Positions 12,845-26,366 of a DNA stretch of 64,000 bases are shown piece after piece. Every line of letters starts with the position of its first letter. The stretch's first letter is position 1. The notes beneath the pieces were generated by a model. The model was not told the origin of the DNA. It saw only the letters and a program-made list of their open reading frames with translations, and ran no database searches. The stretch covers positions 43,400,001 through 43,464,000 of the forward strand of contig OX638157.1 in the NCBI GenBank assembly GCA_951804945.1. The letters are read 5' to 3'. The DNA is from Podarcis cretensis (Eukaryota). The position numbers and the translations under genes are program-made.

Positions 12845-14735
12845 GTAAGCATAACTAGATGAATGTCTGTGTTAAGGAAATGTACAATTATGTATTTGAG
12901 AAGTGTATCATTAGCCATCTTTAAAATGAGTTAGTTGCTTGGGTTTTAAAATAGGTTAATTTAAAGAAGACCATGGAAAGAAAGTTCTATGTCCCTTCCA
13001 ACTCTGCAGTTTATGATTCTAGAACTCCTGTCTCCTGCATCCACCTGCAACCCTTGAAAAACCTGTCTAGAAAGGGTGGGTGTGTCCTGAACTATATAGA
13101 ACGGTGCTGGACAGCTCTCTAGATCCCATCCCATGTTGCTCAGGAGGAGCCCCCACCCCCAGTTGTCTGAACAAGTTTCTTTAGGCACAAGTGGCTGCAG
13201 AGGGAATGAGGGTATGGGAAACTTTCTTCCCGTGAACTTTCTTAAGTTAACTTGCCTTAGAATCCAAGTCATTATGTGTACAATAGGTATGCATACAGGA
13301 TAACTATATTTTATCTGTTATACAGATTAAAATTCAGTGTTGAATAAGGAATCCTAGTTTTGTATAAATTTTTAAAGATTTCTTTAAGATAGCTGGATTT
13401 AGCAACACACCTGGAGATACTGCCAGAATATCTAATTTAGTGGCCAGCAGAGCGAATAAATTCATTTTTGTGCAAAGAAACTTTCTTACATAGGCCTTCT
13501 GAGCACACAATTAATATATCTACTAGCAGATTCACAAAGTGACCTTTTAGGAAGCTCTACAACCTACTTTTCAGGTTGGTTTAGTCTGATCATTCAATTT
13601 CCTTCAAGACCTCCCCCCCCCCACATTTCAGGCATTTCAAAATCCATTACATAATTGCTTTGCACCTTATTGTTTTTGGTGGTTTTTTGCTTTTGTTTTG
13701 TAAAGCGAAATGTTTTGGGTTGGACTAGATGACCCTCATGGCACCTTCCAACTCTACAAATTCTAAGTAAAAATTCTTGTCACTACGTATAGGGAACATT
13801 TACATTTTTAAATACTTCCTTTTGGTGACTGATTTCCTCTCTTCCTGCTATGATTGGATTAATCACCATATGAAACAAGGGCATTACCCCTCTTCCATAT
13901 TTCAAGCAGTGGGTGTAGAGCCTCACAATACAGTATTGCAGCTAATGCTACTTTACACAATACTTGCAGTAGCATTCAGAACTGGCACCGAGTTGTTTAT
14001 AAAATAGTTGTTGCATGCTTTGTCATAGCTCAGAGCCTTATCAAATACAGTGTTACCTTAGCAGCTGAGCATCCAGATTTCTACCATCTCCAAAATAGAA
14101 AAGGCTGTGTGCAAGATGCAAAATACAATACTTGTTGTAGGTGTGTATCAGAAGATTCTTTGTGGGGGTTGACATTATTATAGTACCCTTGTGCAGTTTT
14201 CCTTCAAATCTTTCTTTTTTCTTTTTAAAATTTTGCTTGCTTTAGAGGAAATAGGATGCTGTGTTTTAGAAGAGCTGGCTCCCACAGGATGGGAGGGGTA
14301 GCTCCCCAATGGCTTATTGAGATCAGCCGGAAAGCTTCAAGTTCGCTTCCTTCAGAAATGTTCTTTTTTTCTCCCCAGTAATAAACTAGCTTTCTGTGTG
14401 AGAGAGTAAAAAACAGACGCTTCTAAATACACAGGTGTGCACACGCACAGTAGGTCAGTTGTAGAATATATGAATGTCAGCTGAGTAATTGTCTTAATAA
14501 TTATGCCTGCTCATTCTCACTATGTAGGAATAGCTTCTACTGTGGAAAATGCAGAAAGTTTTATAACTACTTACTGCTGATTTCTGTGAGAATACCATTT
14601 CGTGTGTTCTATCTCAAACTGAAATGAATGCCTGTGCTTTCTAATTGTAGCAGAGAAGAGGCCATCCATAACCTTATTTATTTTTATCATATTACAAAAT
14701 GTAATTTTTTGCTATTAAATATGCCTTTTTATCAG

Positions 14736-14903
14736 GTGGATTATATGGATGAAAATGAAGAATATTTCCAGCGACAAGCATCTCATAGACAATCTCGACG
14801 GAGATTTAGGAAAATCAATCAAAAAGGAGAAAGACAAACAATTATTGACACTGTGGATGCTTATCCTGTAGGGAAACCACCGTTACCTAGAGGTTATCAC
14901 ACG
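14736..14903 (+). CDS. RAPGEF2: RAPGEF2 internal exon VDYMDENEEYFQRQASHRQSRRRFRKINQKGERQTIIDTVDAYPVGKPPLPRGYHT
   Basis: Acceptor ccttttttatcag-like tract ending ag at 14735, donor acg|gtaagc; 168 nt, phase 0/0; lies inside ORF 14628..14981. Confidence 0.95.
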
Positions 14904-15589
14904 GTAAGCCATCCAAATTATTTTGATAGTGTAACAAATTTGAATATTAGCAGCTGCCAAATGCTCATTCTCATTTTGTGAAAGATTCACATGGCCACAA
15001 TTTGCCTTTCTTAAAATTTCATGTGCAGGAGATTCTTTAGTCGCTATAAAGAAGAAACTGAACTTGTAGTTAAGAGTCATTGGAATAGTTTAGAAATACT
15101 GCTTTTGGAGCAGATCAGCTTCAAAATGCCAGCTTAAAACACTTTATTCAAATTTGATCTCTGTAATAGATAATTCTGCTGACTTTATTTAGTTTAAAAG
15201 ACATCAATAAACCAATCACTGAAACATTAAGTTCTGTGAATAGCCACTTCTTCTTGAAGCACTATCATCTATTTAGGCCATTATTTTGCTTTATCTCTTC
15301 TCAGCATGAGAAGTAGACCAGAGCGGGTTGTTTATACTGATGTGACTAATATCAAATTGTTCTAACAAATCTACACCATGCCTTTATCATCTGAGAGAGC
15401 ATTATGTCTATATTGCTTTAGCCTTCAAATTATAATTATTCTGCATTCTCAGACTGATGGAGAAAAGTCTTCACAGTTCATCACTGTAGCGTAGAATTAC
15501 AAAATTGCGAACACTGATTTTCAAAATAGAAGAAACCCATATTTGTGTTCTGTGTTCCTAAGTGCTTAAGATGGATGTTTCATTAAAAC

Positions 15590-15591
<2 letters not shown>

Positions 15592-15634
<43 letters not shown>

Positions 15635-15657
15635 CAAAATCATCATCATCATCATCA
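15592..15657. repeat. (ATT)n followed by (CAT)n microsatellite
   Basis: Read directly. Confidence 0.9.
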
Positions 15658-17607
15658 AGTATTGTTTCTTACTAATTCACACTATCAGCTGCACATTGCT
15701 GGAACTAATTTGGCACCAGTGCTATTCATATTAGCACTTTCCATTATGCAAACAGTATTCTAGTACATAATTGTATGGGGAATTACGACATTTACACATA
15801 CCTATAAAATTATAAATGTCTTGGGACCAGAGTGTCCTCCTTGGGACTGTATCCTTCTGCATGAAGATGCCTATCAGTCATCATCTGAAGCCCTGTTCTA
15901 TTCTGCCACCAAGGGTAATGGTAATGTGAGATTGGGCCTTTCCTTATCTGTGTAGCTTTCTCCTGATAGAGGCTTGACTGGCCGCATCATAAATGGTTTT
16001 TGTGTGGCAGTCAATACATTTTTATTTCATCAGGCTTTTAATGAGTTTCAACTCATAAGTTATATTTGTTTCTTACTTTGCTTTTATTGTAGTTTTGTTG
16101 CTTTCACTTTTTTCTAATATTAAGAATTTGTTTTGTTAATCTGAATTGCCTTGAGGAGCAAAAGGCAGTGCCATCATATTTCTATAAATAATAATACTCA
16201 GTATTGTTGTGTGGCAACAAAAAATCCTCACAATCACGTATATTGAGGCTGTGTTGCATATTGAACAAGTATTTTAATAGTTCTTTTCTCAAAGCTCCAG
16301 AGAGGTATACAATCAAGGAAAACAAACATTTAAAACTACTATAAGCACCTCAAAAAATATAGTTTCACTGGAAGACTTGACAAACCAGAAACATTTCACA
16401 ATGTTATGAAAAGGGAACCAGCATCACCCTATATATTGCTAGTTCACATGATTTATCTTCACATAATTGTATTCCTGAGCTGATATGGAATACAGTTCTT
16501 CATGCAGGGAATAAAAGTCTCCCAAAATGACTATGTGAGCTATTCTTTAGTGTTTGTGATTAACTCTGTAGGAACTCAGAGTTCCTCACAATATAAAGCC
16601 TCAGGAGTACATAGCCATTTGAGATACTTCATGTGCTCTCTCGGATTTTAAAGTACTCAGGATTTCCCACTGTTTCCTTTCCTAAAAATTAGGAGTTAAT
16701 TAAAATTAAATTAATTAAATTAGGAATTTAATTAAGAATTAAAAAATTCTTGTCAATTTCCATCTACAATTCCACCTGCAACTGTTAGCACCTAAAGGTT
16801 TAACTATGTCTCTTGTTAATTGTCCAAGTTTTTTCTTAGATGTCTTGTGAGATTCTTCAATACTTAGGTGTTTTGCTTGTATGACAGAAGGCTTGATTTT
16901 TCAGGTTTTGATGTAACCCCAGCTTTCATTGTAATTTTATTATGAACAATTTACTGAAATCTAATAAGTTGATTTGTGGTGTACTAATATGGCATACTTC
17001 TTGATCAGTTTTATGAATGACTAAAAGGAAAATGTTAATTTATGATCATATGTTCCCATTACTCAAAGTTAATCAGTTTGTTTGTGGGAAGACGTGCCTC
17101 TCCAAACACATGGTAGGAACATGCAAAGAACCTCATTTTAGATATGGTTTTCTCATATGTACCCACAGAGAGTTTAGAGATGCAAGTCTTCCTTTTGTGC
17201 TATACATATCAAGGCAGGAAAACATGGCTGCCAAATAAAATATGAATTTCTTTACAGTGTTATAGTTTCTTTTAGGGTTATAATATGTAGATATACTGAT
17301 TGAGATAGTATGTAATCAGCTGACTGTGTTTCAAAGACTAGTGTACATAATGACAGAGAAGTGAATATATGTTATGTTTTAAAGGAAAGTGCTTGACAAA
17401 TACTAGCAATGCTGCTATTATACTGTTGTATGTTAAGTGGCCATATGGGTCAGGGAGAGTATCTACACCAAACTCATAAGTCCATTTAAGAACCTTCCTT
17501 ACATAATAGCATTAGTTTCATAATAGTACTATATGTTTTGAGCATCTCTGATAATGTTCATCTTTTCCTTTCCTCCTATATGGCATTCATTTCATTTTGG
17601 CTCACAG

Positions 17608-17625
17608 GAATGCACTAAACAGCAG
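17608..17625 (+). CDS. RAPGEF2: RAPGEF2 18-nt microexon ECTKQQ
   Basis: ttcattttggctcacag|gaatgcactaaacagcag|gtattg; phase 0/0. Fills the gap between ...GYHT and LPADF..., where I recall ECTKSQ in mammalian long isoforms. Confidence 0.85.
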
Positions 17626-19328
17626 GTATTGTAACTTATGTGTATGGTCCTCTAACCCTTTACACCCCCCCCCCTTTGGAGTGTAACTAATGTCTTAATA
17701 CTAGTTTGCTTTGCTAAATTTGTGCTGCATCCATTCTGTTACACTATATGATACACAGTTTACCTTCAGTTAAAATCACACAAACTGAATGTAGATAGAG
17801 CCTAGTGACATCACCATTACTTGCATTTCAGTTTTTACCTTAAAAAAATAATAATTCATTGCCTGTGGTGGTGTATTTTGTTGTTAGAAGTTGTCATGTG
17901 GTATCAGTATATGACACAAAAATGATAAAGTACTCACATTGAACAGAACATTCTCCATTTATGTCCTCATTTAATATCCATTACCCAACCAGTGTCTCTA
18001 TCTTACTCTTTAGCTGTTGCATTTTGAAGCAGAAGTTTGTAGATAATGGCTCTGGTACAAGCTGAATATTTGTAAGGCGTAATAATAAATTTGTAATATT
18101 GTAAGGGGTACTGTTATAAAACAGATTATTTTGATTCTGCTCTATATTAGTTGCACCTAAAGATACTATAGAAACCACACGTTCCTAAAATACAGAAGGT
18201 GTTGAAACACAAAGTGGAATGGAAGCTGGAGGGGAGGGACTTATGGAATTACTTTAATTATTTGTGGCAGTATTTTCACTTGTTTAAAATTTAAACAGTG
18301 TGATATTTGTTATGAACTAGCTAGTAAGAGTTAATTTTATGTCACAGAATTATGATTTTTAGACTATTGTAAGCAAGCAGTGAAAAACATGCATAAAACA
18401 TATAATTATTATGGTTATATTATCCTTCCAGTGCTTTATCTTGCATACAAATTTAAGGTAGTAATAGCATAATCACTATAGCATAACTGTTTTTATTTTA
18501 AATTGCAATCATGGTGTGTTTGTGTGAAATTATGACTGCAGTGGCCTCTGAGAATGCCAAATACACAACATCAGAAGGCATCTTACTGGAACGCTGGTTG
18601 ATAAAAGGATACTGAATGTAATATGTCTCTGTGTGTAATATATGTAGATGCTTTGATGTTTTCAACTCAACATAAATAGAAAAGCTGTCCCTAGCAGGAG
18701 AGCACAAGGTTCACTTTGGAGCTTCCTCAGCCCCACTCTTCTCTGCCTCATTTCTCCTTTCATGAATGTTGACACTTTTACTACCTGAATTTTTACTGTT
18801 TACAAACATTCTATACTACCACAGCAGTTGTCAGTCGCTATTTTCACCCCATTTGCACATGTGGCAGTGAATCCAACACAGTTATGTAAGCATTAGGGGG
18901 TATGCATAGACTGCAACAGAGGTAGAAATCTTCCCTAACCTTCACAGGCCATATTTCACAGTTGCCAATGATGTCAAGTGATGAGCCTCTTTGAAGGCGC
19001 ACTTGCACCTTCAAAGAGGGTTGCTACAGGAGCAAGAAATGATTTGTACTGAAACCACTGTTAAAATGGAGTTGTCCCCCGCCCCCATTCATTTTTGCAG
19101 ATGTTTCAGTGCAAACCACTTTCTGCTCCTGGGCCAAGATGCGCTTCCACCATTCATCAGCTGATGGTTGGTAGAAGCATGCCATGCTCCATCTAAATAA
19201 CAGGAGCTCACTTTAAGCTAGTTGTTCCTTTGATACTATGTCAGTGTCTGCATGGTTTGTCAGTAACAGCCTGGTGGGTCAAATAGGGGCCACAATATTT
19301 TTAAACCAACCTAGCTCCAGATTCTGGG

Positions 19329-19737
19329 TCATAGAATCTTATAATTGTAGAGTTGGAAGGAATCGCCAGGGCCATCTAGTGCAGCCCCCTGCAGTGCAGG
19401 AATCTCACTAGATTATACATGACAGGTGGCTATCCAATCTCTGCTTAAAAACATCCAAGGAAGGAGAGCCCACCAGTTGTGGTGGGAGTCTGTTTCACCA
19501 TGGAACAGCTCTTACTGTCAGAAAGTTCTTCCTGATGTTTAGTTAGAATCTCCTTTCTTATAACTTGAATCTATTGGTTCAGGTCCTAGCCTCTGGAGCA
19601 GGAAAAAAAAAAGCTTACTTATTGTTGTGACAGCCCTTTAGATGTTTGAAGATGGCTCTCATGTCTCCTCTCAGTCCCCTCTTTATGAGGCGAAACATAC
19701 CCAACTTCCTCAACTGTTCCTAGTAGGGCTTGGTTTG
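19329..19737 (-). mobile_element. Older CR1 LINE 3' fragment
   Basis: tcatagaatc tail and aacagctcttactgtcagaaagttcttcctgatgttt, homologous to but more diverged than the 7305 and 38434 copies. Confidence 0.85.
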
Positions 19738-19925
19738 TCTTTGTAATAGATATTTGTAAGGTGAATTATTTTTTTACTAGTAAGATAGATAATGCATCAG
19801 AGACCACTGTATCTTTTTATATACTGTTCAGGAAAGGTGAAGATCAATATATAAGCTTGACTTCACACCATTAATACAATTCTGTAAATAAAAAATATTA
19901 AAAGTAGTAGTTAAATACTATGTTA

Positions 19926-20162
19926 CAGGCTTACCTTGGTTGTCGACGGAATCCGTTCGACTTCTGAAAATGTTTGACAACCAAGGCGTTGTTTCCAATT
20001 GGCTTCAGGAGCTTCCTGCACTCAATCGGAAGCCGCAGAAGCCGTGCTGGTCGTTCGGCTTCCAAAGAATGTTTGCAAACCGGAACACTCACTTCCGGGT
20101 TAGCGGCATTCGGGAGCCAAAACATTCAAGTTGCAAGGCGTTTGGGATCCAAGGTACAACTG
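19926..20162. mobile_element. Tigger/pogo-like MITE
   Basis: ta-cag..taccttgg ... ccaaggtacaactg-ta termini; CpG-rich interior. Confidence 0.7.
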
Positions 20163-20642
20163 TACTATGTTTGCAACCTATGTCTACCTGTATATCTAAA
20201 GTTAGTGGTTTAATACTTAATAGTAGCTTAACACTATTAATTTCATTGGTTTTTCATAGGCTGCACTTTTTAATACTTTCAGTTGTAATATTTCATCCTA
20301 ACATCTGAAAACCTATAGAGATTAGCAGCATCTGAGGGTAGAAGTCAAAAGTAGTTTTTGTACTAGACAAAATAACCAGGTTCTAAGTATTCCTAAAGTA
20401 TAATGATTTAAGAACATTTAGGGCTTTGAATTTTTTGATGTATGTCAGGATGGATGGATTCATTAGCTGTAGTGGCATATTTAACTTTGTTTTGCTTACG
20501 TATATCCTAAATTTATATTTTCACAAGGTGCTTGAGTGACTATTCTTAACTCATAGCCAGTACTGCTTTTTTTTATCATATCAGAGGGGCAAACGTATGG
20601 ATAACAACCTGAGATACTGTTACAGTTTCTGTTGCCATTTAT

Positions 20643-20661
20643 TGTGTGTGTGTGTGTGTGT

Positions 20662-20697
<36 letters not shown>
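20643..20697. repeat. Self-complementary (TG)n-CG-(CA)n microsatellite
   Basis: Read directly. Confidence 0.95.
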
Positions 20698-20700
<3 letters not shown>

Positions 20701-23700
20701 AAAGAAGTGCACAGCAGTTCAAGGTACTGTGTGGTCTGTTTACCTAAGTTTCAGTTTCTGTCTGAGGATATCTTTCTGTCTCTATACATTACATCATCTT
20801 TGCTGCAAACGTGTGTGTCCACTGGGATTTGCTCTTCTTCCATTCCCCTTGGAAGAAGAGCTTGTATTGATGCCATAATTGGACCCATCTTTTGGTTGCT
20901 TTGGAAATTCACTGTAATAAGGGTGTTGTGTATCAAGCCATGCTGCATTTTAGGCAATTTAGGTGTCAGTAATATGCCTGCCAGTCTGGGTCCTGTTTCC
21001 AATTTGTGAAAATTGACAGTGCTGGGTTGCCTGCCCTGTAAGCTTATAAATCTGTTAAGAGAGTTACTGAGATATTCTTCAATAAGCAGTTTTTGTATCA
21101 GGTGGCATTTTTTCTGAATTACTCAAATGTGGAGTTGTGTCACATTAAATGCTAGTGTTAAATGTATGCTTATTTGTTAAGAGAAGATTGGGCAACCTTC
21201 CTTGAGAGAAATCCATTTAATAATAGAAAATGGAAACCTGTACATAAATTCAGTAGAAAATTGAATGACAGACGATTGTTAAAAACTTGGAAAAACATTG
21301 AATACTAAAACTTTTCTTCACCACTGGTTTGCTACTAACTTTGCAATATTTGAATATTGTATATACATTATGCTTGGGCATCTTGCATCCTTTTGTAGTT
21401 CTAGAGAAGGAATAGAGATATTGGTATTAATTTCATGTTGATGAATAAAAATATAATCTATAGTATTCAGTCAAATTCATGCATCAAAATTTGTTGTTGA
21501 GCTGCCATTTTTAATGAGTGGGGGCACTAGTCTGCTATGACTTGTGCAGAGGTAACCAGTCAGTATGCAGTAAATACATTTAATCTGATCACACCTAGAG
21601 ATAGTGACCTAGAGATGAAATGTCTGTCAATATATGCAACTCCTGACTCTCAGCTCATTCCTGGGAATTAAAGTGCTGGTTTCAACCTGACAAGCCCTAA
21701 CTGACTTAGGGCAGGTTTCCTGGAAGATTGCCTCCTGCATAGCCTACTCAAACCTTAAGCCTTGCTCTGGTTGCATGACATCTGATCACTGGCGTATGTC
21801 TACCAGGGAAAGGGCTTTCTTGGCCATGGTACTGTAGCTATGAAATTTAAGTATTTTCCTGTCTTTTTGGATTCTTTTCCTAAAAAGTATAATGGGGGGG
21901 GGGGGTATCCATGCCATACAAGCTTCCCCTTCTCTGTGGCCTGAACTTTTGGGCTGTATGGGAGGTACAGGGGGAAGGGGAGGAGAGGAAGGGTAAGTCT
22001 TGTCTCACCAGTGGAAGCCTGGTCCACTAGTGGGTGGCCACTATTGGATGTCATTCTCTATTTATAAATGTTTTGTTTGTAAGATACCCAATGAATATTT
22101 ATTAAGGGTGACTAACTAACTAATCAATCAATCAATCAATCAATCAATCCCTGACTGTTCAAACTCCAAGTATCCATAAGCTTATGATTGTTATAAAAAC
22201 AACAGCAAAACTCATTATTCTGATTAAAGCTGTGGACTGCTTACTTTAGACTGATCACATCAGTGTTGATGGCTATGATTCTAAGGAGACTTGACTTAAA
22301 CATGTCTGAAATAAGTAGCTGCACATACTTAACTGGGACCATAGTTTTGCCACCGCAGAACCCAAGTCCAAGTAGCTGGCCAGTCCTCAAAGCAGCATGT
22401 CTGAGAACTGAGGGAGCTTCAGCACTGAAAATGAGGGATGTTATGAGTAACTGTTGGAGCCTGACTTTGATTGAAATCCAGGGAGTTTGGAAGACAAGGC
22501 TAAATGGAACATAAACCTTCAGATACCTTGACTGAACTCTTGCACCATCGGCTACTCTCTTGCCACTCCCAGGTCCCCAAGCATACTCCCTTTCCTTCGT
22601 CCTGTGGTGTCCTAGCAGAGTAAGGAGCAGTTACAGTGCCCACTCCGTCATTAACTATAGCAGGAGTGGGGAACCTCAGGCCCTCTAAAACAGGAGTGCA
22701 GTGGCTGCCTTAAAGAATTTCTCAAAAGCACTGTTTAAAGTAGCCCCCTCTCCTTCAAACGTTCAAAGATAGATGCTTCAAACAGCGCTTTTGGAACCCA
22801 GCACTAAGTAGGATCGCTGTTGCAAAGTGTGAGCAATCCTGCTAAGCTATGGGCTTGGGTGCACAAGATTGCTACAAGCTCTCTAAACTCTATTGTGCAC
22901 CTGAGCAGTGCCCTAAGCAGGATTGCCCCTCCCCTCCACATTGGCTGATGCAAAGGAAGAATGATCCTGTTTGTGTGATAGTTCCTTCAGTAATCCATAA
23001 ATATGCATAAACATCCATAAATATGCAAATTTAAAAATTGAGGGCCACCACCTGTACTAGCCAGGATTGCTTTAATGCTGTTGCTTTTGAAACATTTGAA
23101 ATGCTCCAAGGTATAACATTTGTAAGATATGTGAACACTTAAGCCTCCTTTTTTGAGGTATAATTAAAATAGATTTTAAAGTATTTTTGCAGCTTAAAAC
23201 TTGTGTGTTTGCATATGGTAGGCTTTTCTAGTTTAGTTATTAAATCCTGCTAACAAAACAGCTGGCATTAGCTGGAATGGCGCAAACACTTCCATAGTTT
23301 TCTAATGTTTCTGTTTTAAAGTAGCTATTTAAACAGGAGTCATGGATTAAAAATATTTAATACCTTTATACACACTGCTGCTCTTTTAAGCAGTAGGAAA
23401 TGTAAATGGAATGTTTTTCTCTAAAAGCTAAGAACAGAATGTGCTATATGACTAACCAATCTGCAATTAAAGCAAGATTGGCAGGTGTCAGCAGCAAACC
23501 CAGCTAAGGCACCAATATGTCTGTGCTCAGTGCTGGGTGTATTAAAGATCTGGATTATGGATTCATTCACAGTAACAGCTCAACAGAATGGTATTTGTAC
23601 AGATGGTCTGGAACACCAGCAAATGGGTTAACCATGCAGCATATATTGCTAATAGAGGTGGTGAAGATGGAATGTTAACAGGATCTTAGCATAAACCTAG

Positions 23701-24139
23701 AGAATCTAAGAAAAATGCACTATAACATTATTTGCAAGTGTAATATTTTAAGGTTAAATAGTAATATATTATTAATAATAAGTCAGGGTAATTATATTTT
23801 CCTTTTTACAAAACTGAAAATTTCAAGTGGTATGGGAATAAATTAAAGAGCCATACTCTGGAATCCACATATGATTGCCAGCCTGCCTACAGTTGGCTTT
23901 AGTAGTGGATTGGCAACCTGATTCAGATCACATACTTCTTAATTGCTGCCATTATATCTACTGCAACCATTCAGACCAAAGGGTAATGATGTGCTGAAAC
24001 CTGCTCTTTTAGTTTGCAATTTGAATAGTGTTACTACTCAATTTGAGTAGTGTTACTGTTGCTTGTTACTACTAAAGCCCTGCAAAAAGATTAGTTACAA
24101 AGAAAGTTACTGAGAGTCATTCTGCTGCTATAGTTGTCC

Positions 24140-24350
24140 CTGGATATTTTTGTCAACATGTTCATCTTCCAGGTTGGATATAGTACTGAGAAGGCACTTT
24201 TTGTTCATAGTTCATCGTTCATAGGGAGAGGTAGTACCCTATTTAATCTCACTGAGATTGTCATGTATTGGTGTCATAGCTGTAGAAGTTGGCAATACTT
24301 TATGGCAATGCAGATGACTTATTCAGTGCATTACACATTGGAAGGGTCGC
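24140..24350 (+). mobile_element. Decayed L2-like RT fragment
   Basis: FQVGYSTEKAL resembles the FRxGHSTETAL motif; aatgcagatgac resembles YADD. Confidence 0.45.
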
Positions 24351-24589
24351 AATAGGTATAATGGGTGGTTTTCATCACTTACTGGATGTCCTTATTAAAG
24401 TTTTCACTTGATGCTATTCTGAATCTTCTACCTCCTGTTTGTTTTTGAGACCACAAAGTAAGGTGTTCATAAGTTCACTGCCATCATCACTAATGATGCC
24501 CAACCACCATCCTAATTTCATCAATGTTGGATCTTGTACCTGACACTTAGTACTTGCCCACAATGACATCAGTGTATAGTCAACCCACA

Positions 24590-25318
24590 GGGGTGGGTGG
24601 CGCTGTGAACTAAACTACCAAGCATCTTGGGCTTGCCTATGATAAGGTTGGCAGTTTAAATACAATGTTGCCTCGCAAGACGAAATTAATCCGTTCCGTG
24701 AGGCTCTTCGTATAGCGGTTTTTTCGTCTTGCGAAGCAAGCCCATTGACAGCTTAGCGGATTAGCGCTATTAGCGGATTAGCGGCTTTTAGAGGATCAGC
24801 TGATAAGCGGCTTATCAGCGGATCAGCTGATAAGCGGCTTAGGGCTTAGAAAAAGGGGGGGGAAAGGGAAAAAACCCCGCAGGAACTTGCAAGACATTTT
24901 CGTCTTGCGAAGCAAGCCCATAGGGAAATTCGTTTTGCGAAGCGCCTCCAAAACGGAAAACCCTTTCGTCTAGCGGGTTTTCCGTCTTGCGAGGCGTTCA
25001 TCTTGCGGGGCACCACTGTACATGCAGTGGTGTGGGCTCCCGTTGTTCTTTTCCAGCTCATGCCAACCTAGCAGTTTGAAAGCATATCTGCACGAGGAAG
25101 TAAATAGGTACCCCTGCTGTAGGAAGGTAAAATGTGTTTTTCTGTGTGATCTGGTTTCTGTCACAGTGTTCCGTTGTACCAGAAGTAGTTTAGTCATGCT
25201 GGCCACATGACCTGGAAAGCTGTCTGTGGACAAACACCAGCTTCCTTGGCCTGAAAGCAGAGGTGAGCGCCGCACCCCCGGTCAAATTTGACTGGACTTA
25301 ACCTTTACCATTTTACCA
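24590..25318 (+). mobile_element. Diverged Sauria SINE split by a MITE insertion
   Basis: Head gggtggcgctgtg at 24595; body resumes at 25021 (gccaacctagcagtttgaaagc, catgctggccacatgacc); acctttacc tail. Confidence 0.8.
24663..25018. mobile_element. Tc1/mariner-pogo MITE nested in the SINE
   Basis: TIRs caatgttgcctcgcaagacgaa ... ttcatcttgcggggcaccactg, TA on both sides; repeated cgtcttgcga subterminal motifs. Confidence 0.85.
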
Positions 25319-26117
25319 ACCATCAGTGGAACCCATGGAATATATAGTTGCAGTTCAGTTTTTATAACTGCCCCAGATGAAAATTTCTCACAAAATGATT
25401 GAGAAGCAAGGCTTTGAGTAGCAGAGGGGATGTTGATATATTTCGCTGACAAATTAGACTGCTTGGATAATTGATTTAGCTAGGTTTCTAGTAGCACTTT
25501 TGTCTACACTTATCAGGGATGCTGTACTAGTAGATTTCCAGCATCAGCAAGTATTGGACTTGATTACCCTTTCAGGCACCTTCAAGCTCTATGATGGAAT
25601 TATGGTCACTATTTCTGAACTAATTCTTTGTCTCTAATAAATAATTCCATTACGTCATACTTTGCTGACATCTAAATTTGCATGACAGTGATATCATGTC
25701 ATTAGATAAGAGTAAATTCTGGGAATTGAAATGCAAGTGACATGACATCTGTGTCCATAGAGATTTCATTGTTAGTAAGTTCTGATGTATTTCTAATGAA
25801 AAACATAGGTTTGATAACAGAGTAATGGGTATATAGTAAGGTCTTTTAAATTGTATCCTAAGGCTACCTAATTTTTCCAAGCCTGTGTTAAGTGTGTTTG
25901 TATTGGTCAGTTGCTTACTACTATTCTAGACTTGGCCTGTTTTCACAGCTCCAGAGTACAGACATTACATACAGTAGGACAGCTTTTCACAACCTTGTGC
26001 TCTGCAGATATATTGAACTACAAATCTTATCAGCCTCAGCCAGCATGGCCAATTGGTTATGGAAGATGGGAATTTAGGTCAAACAATTTGAGTGTTACCA
26101 AATAGGGGAGGTTGCTC

Positions 26118-26366
26118 CAGGGGTCAGCATACTTTTTCAGCAGGGGGCCAGACCACTGTTCCTCAGACCTTGTGGGGGGCCAGACTATATTTTGAAAAAA
26201 AGAAGTACGAATTCCTATGCCCCACAAATAACCCAGAGATGCATTTTAAATAAAAGCACACATTCTAGTCATGTAAAAACACGCTGATTCCCGGACCATC
26301 CGTGGGCTGGATTTAGAAGGTGATTGGGCCTGATCCGGCCCTCAGGCCTTAGTTTGCCTACCTATG
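26118..26366. mobile_element. hAT-like MITE
   Basis: Ends caggggtcagcatact ... agtttgcctacctatg resemble CAGGGGTNGGCAAACT hAT TIRs; TSD not clean. Confidence 0.65.

Noticed and set aside
14628-14981. ORF-track extensions beyond splice sites (also 30174..30368, 56660..56851, 57155..57355, 62003..62314)
   Set aside because: Homology stops exactly at canonical splice sites; the extensions are intronic read-through.
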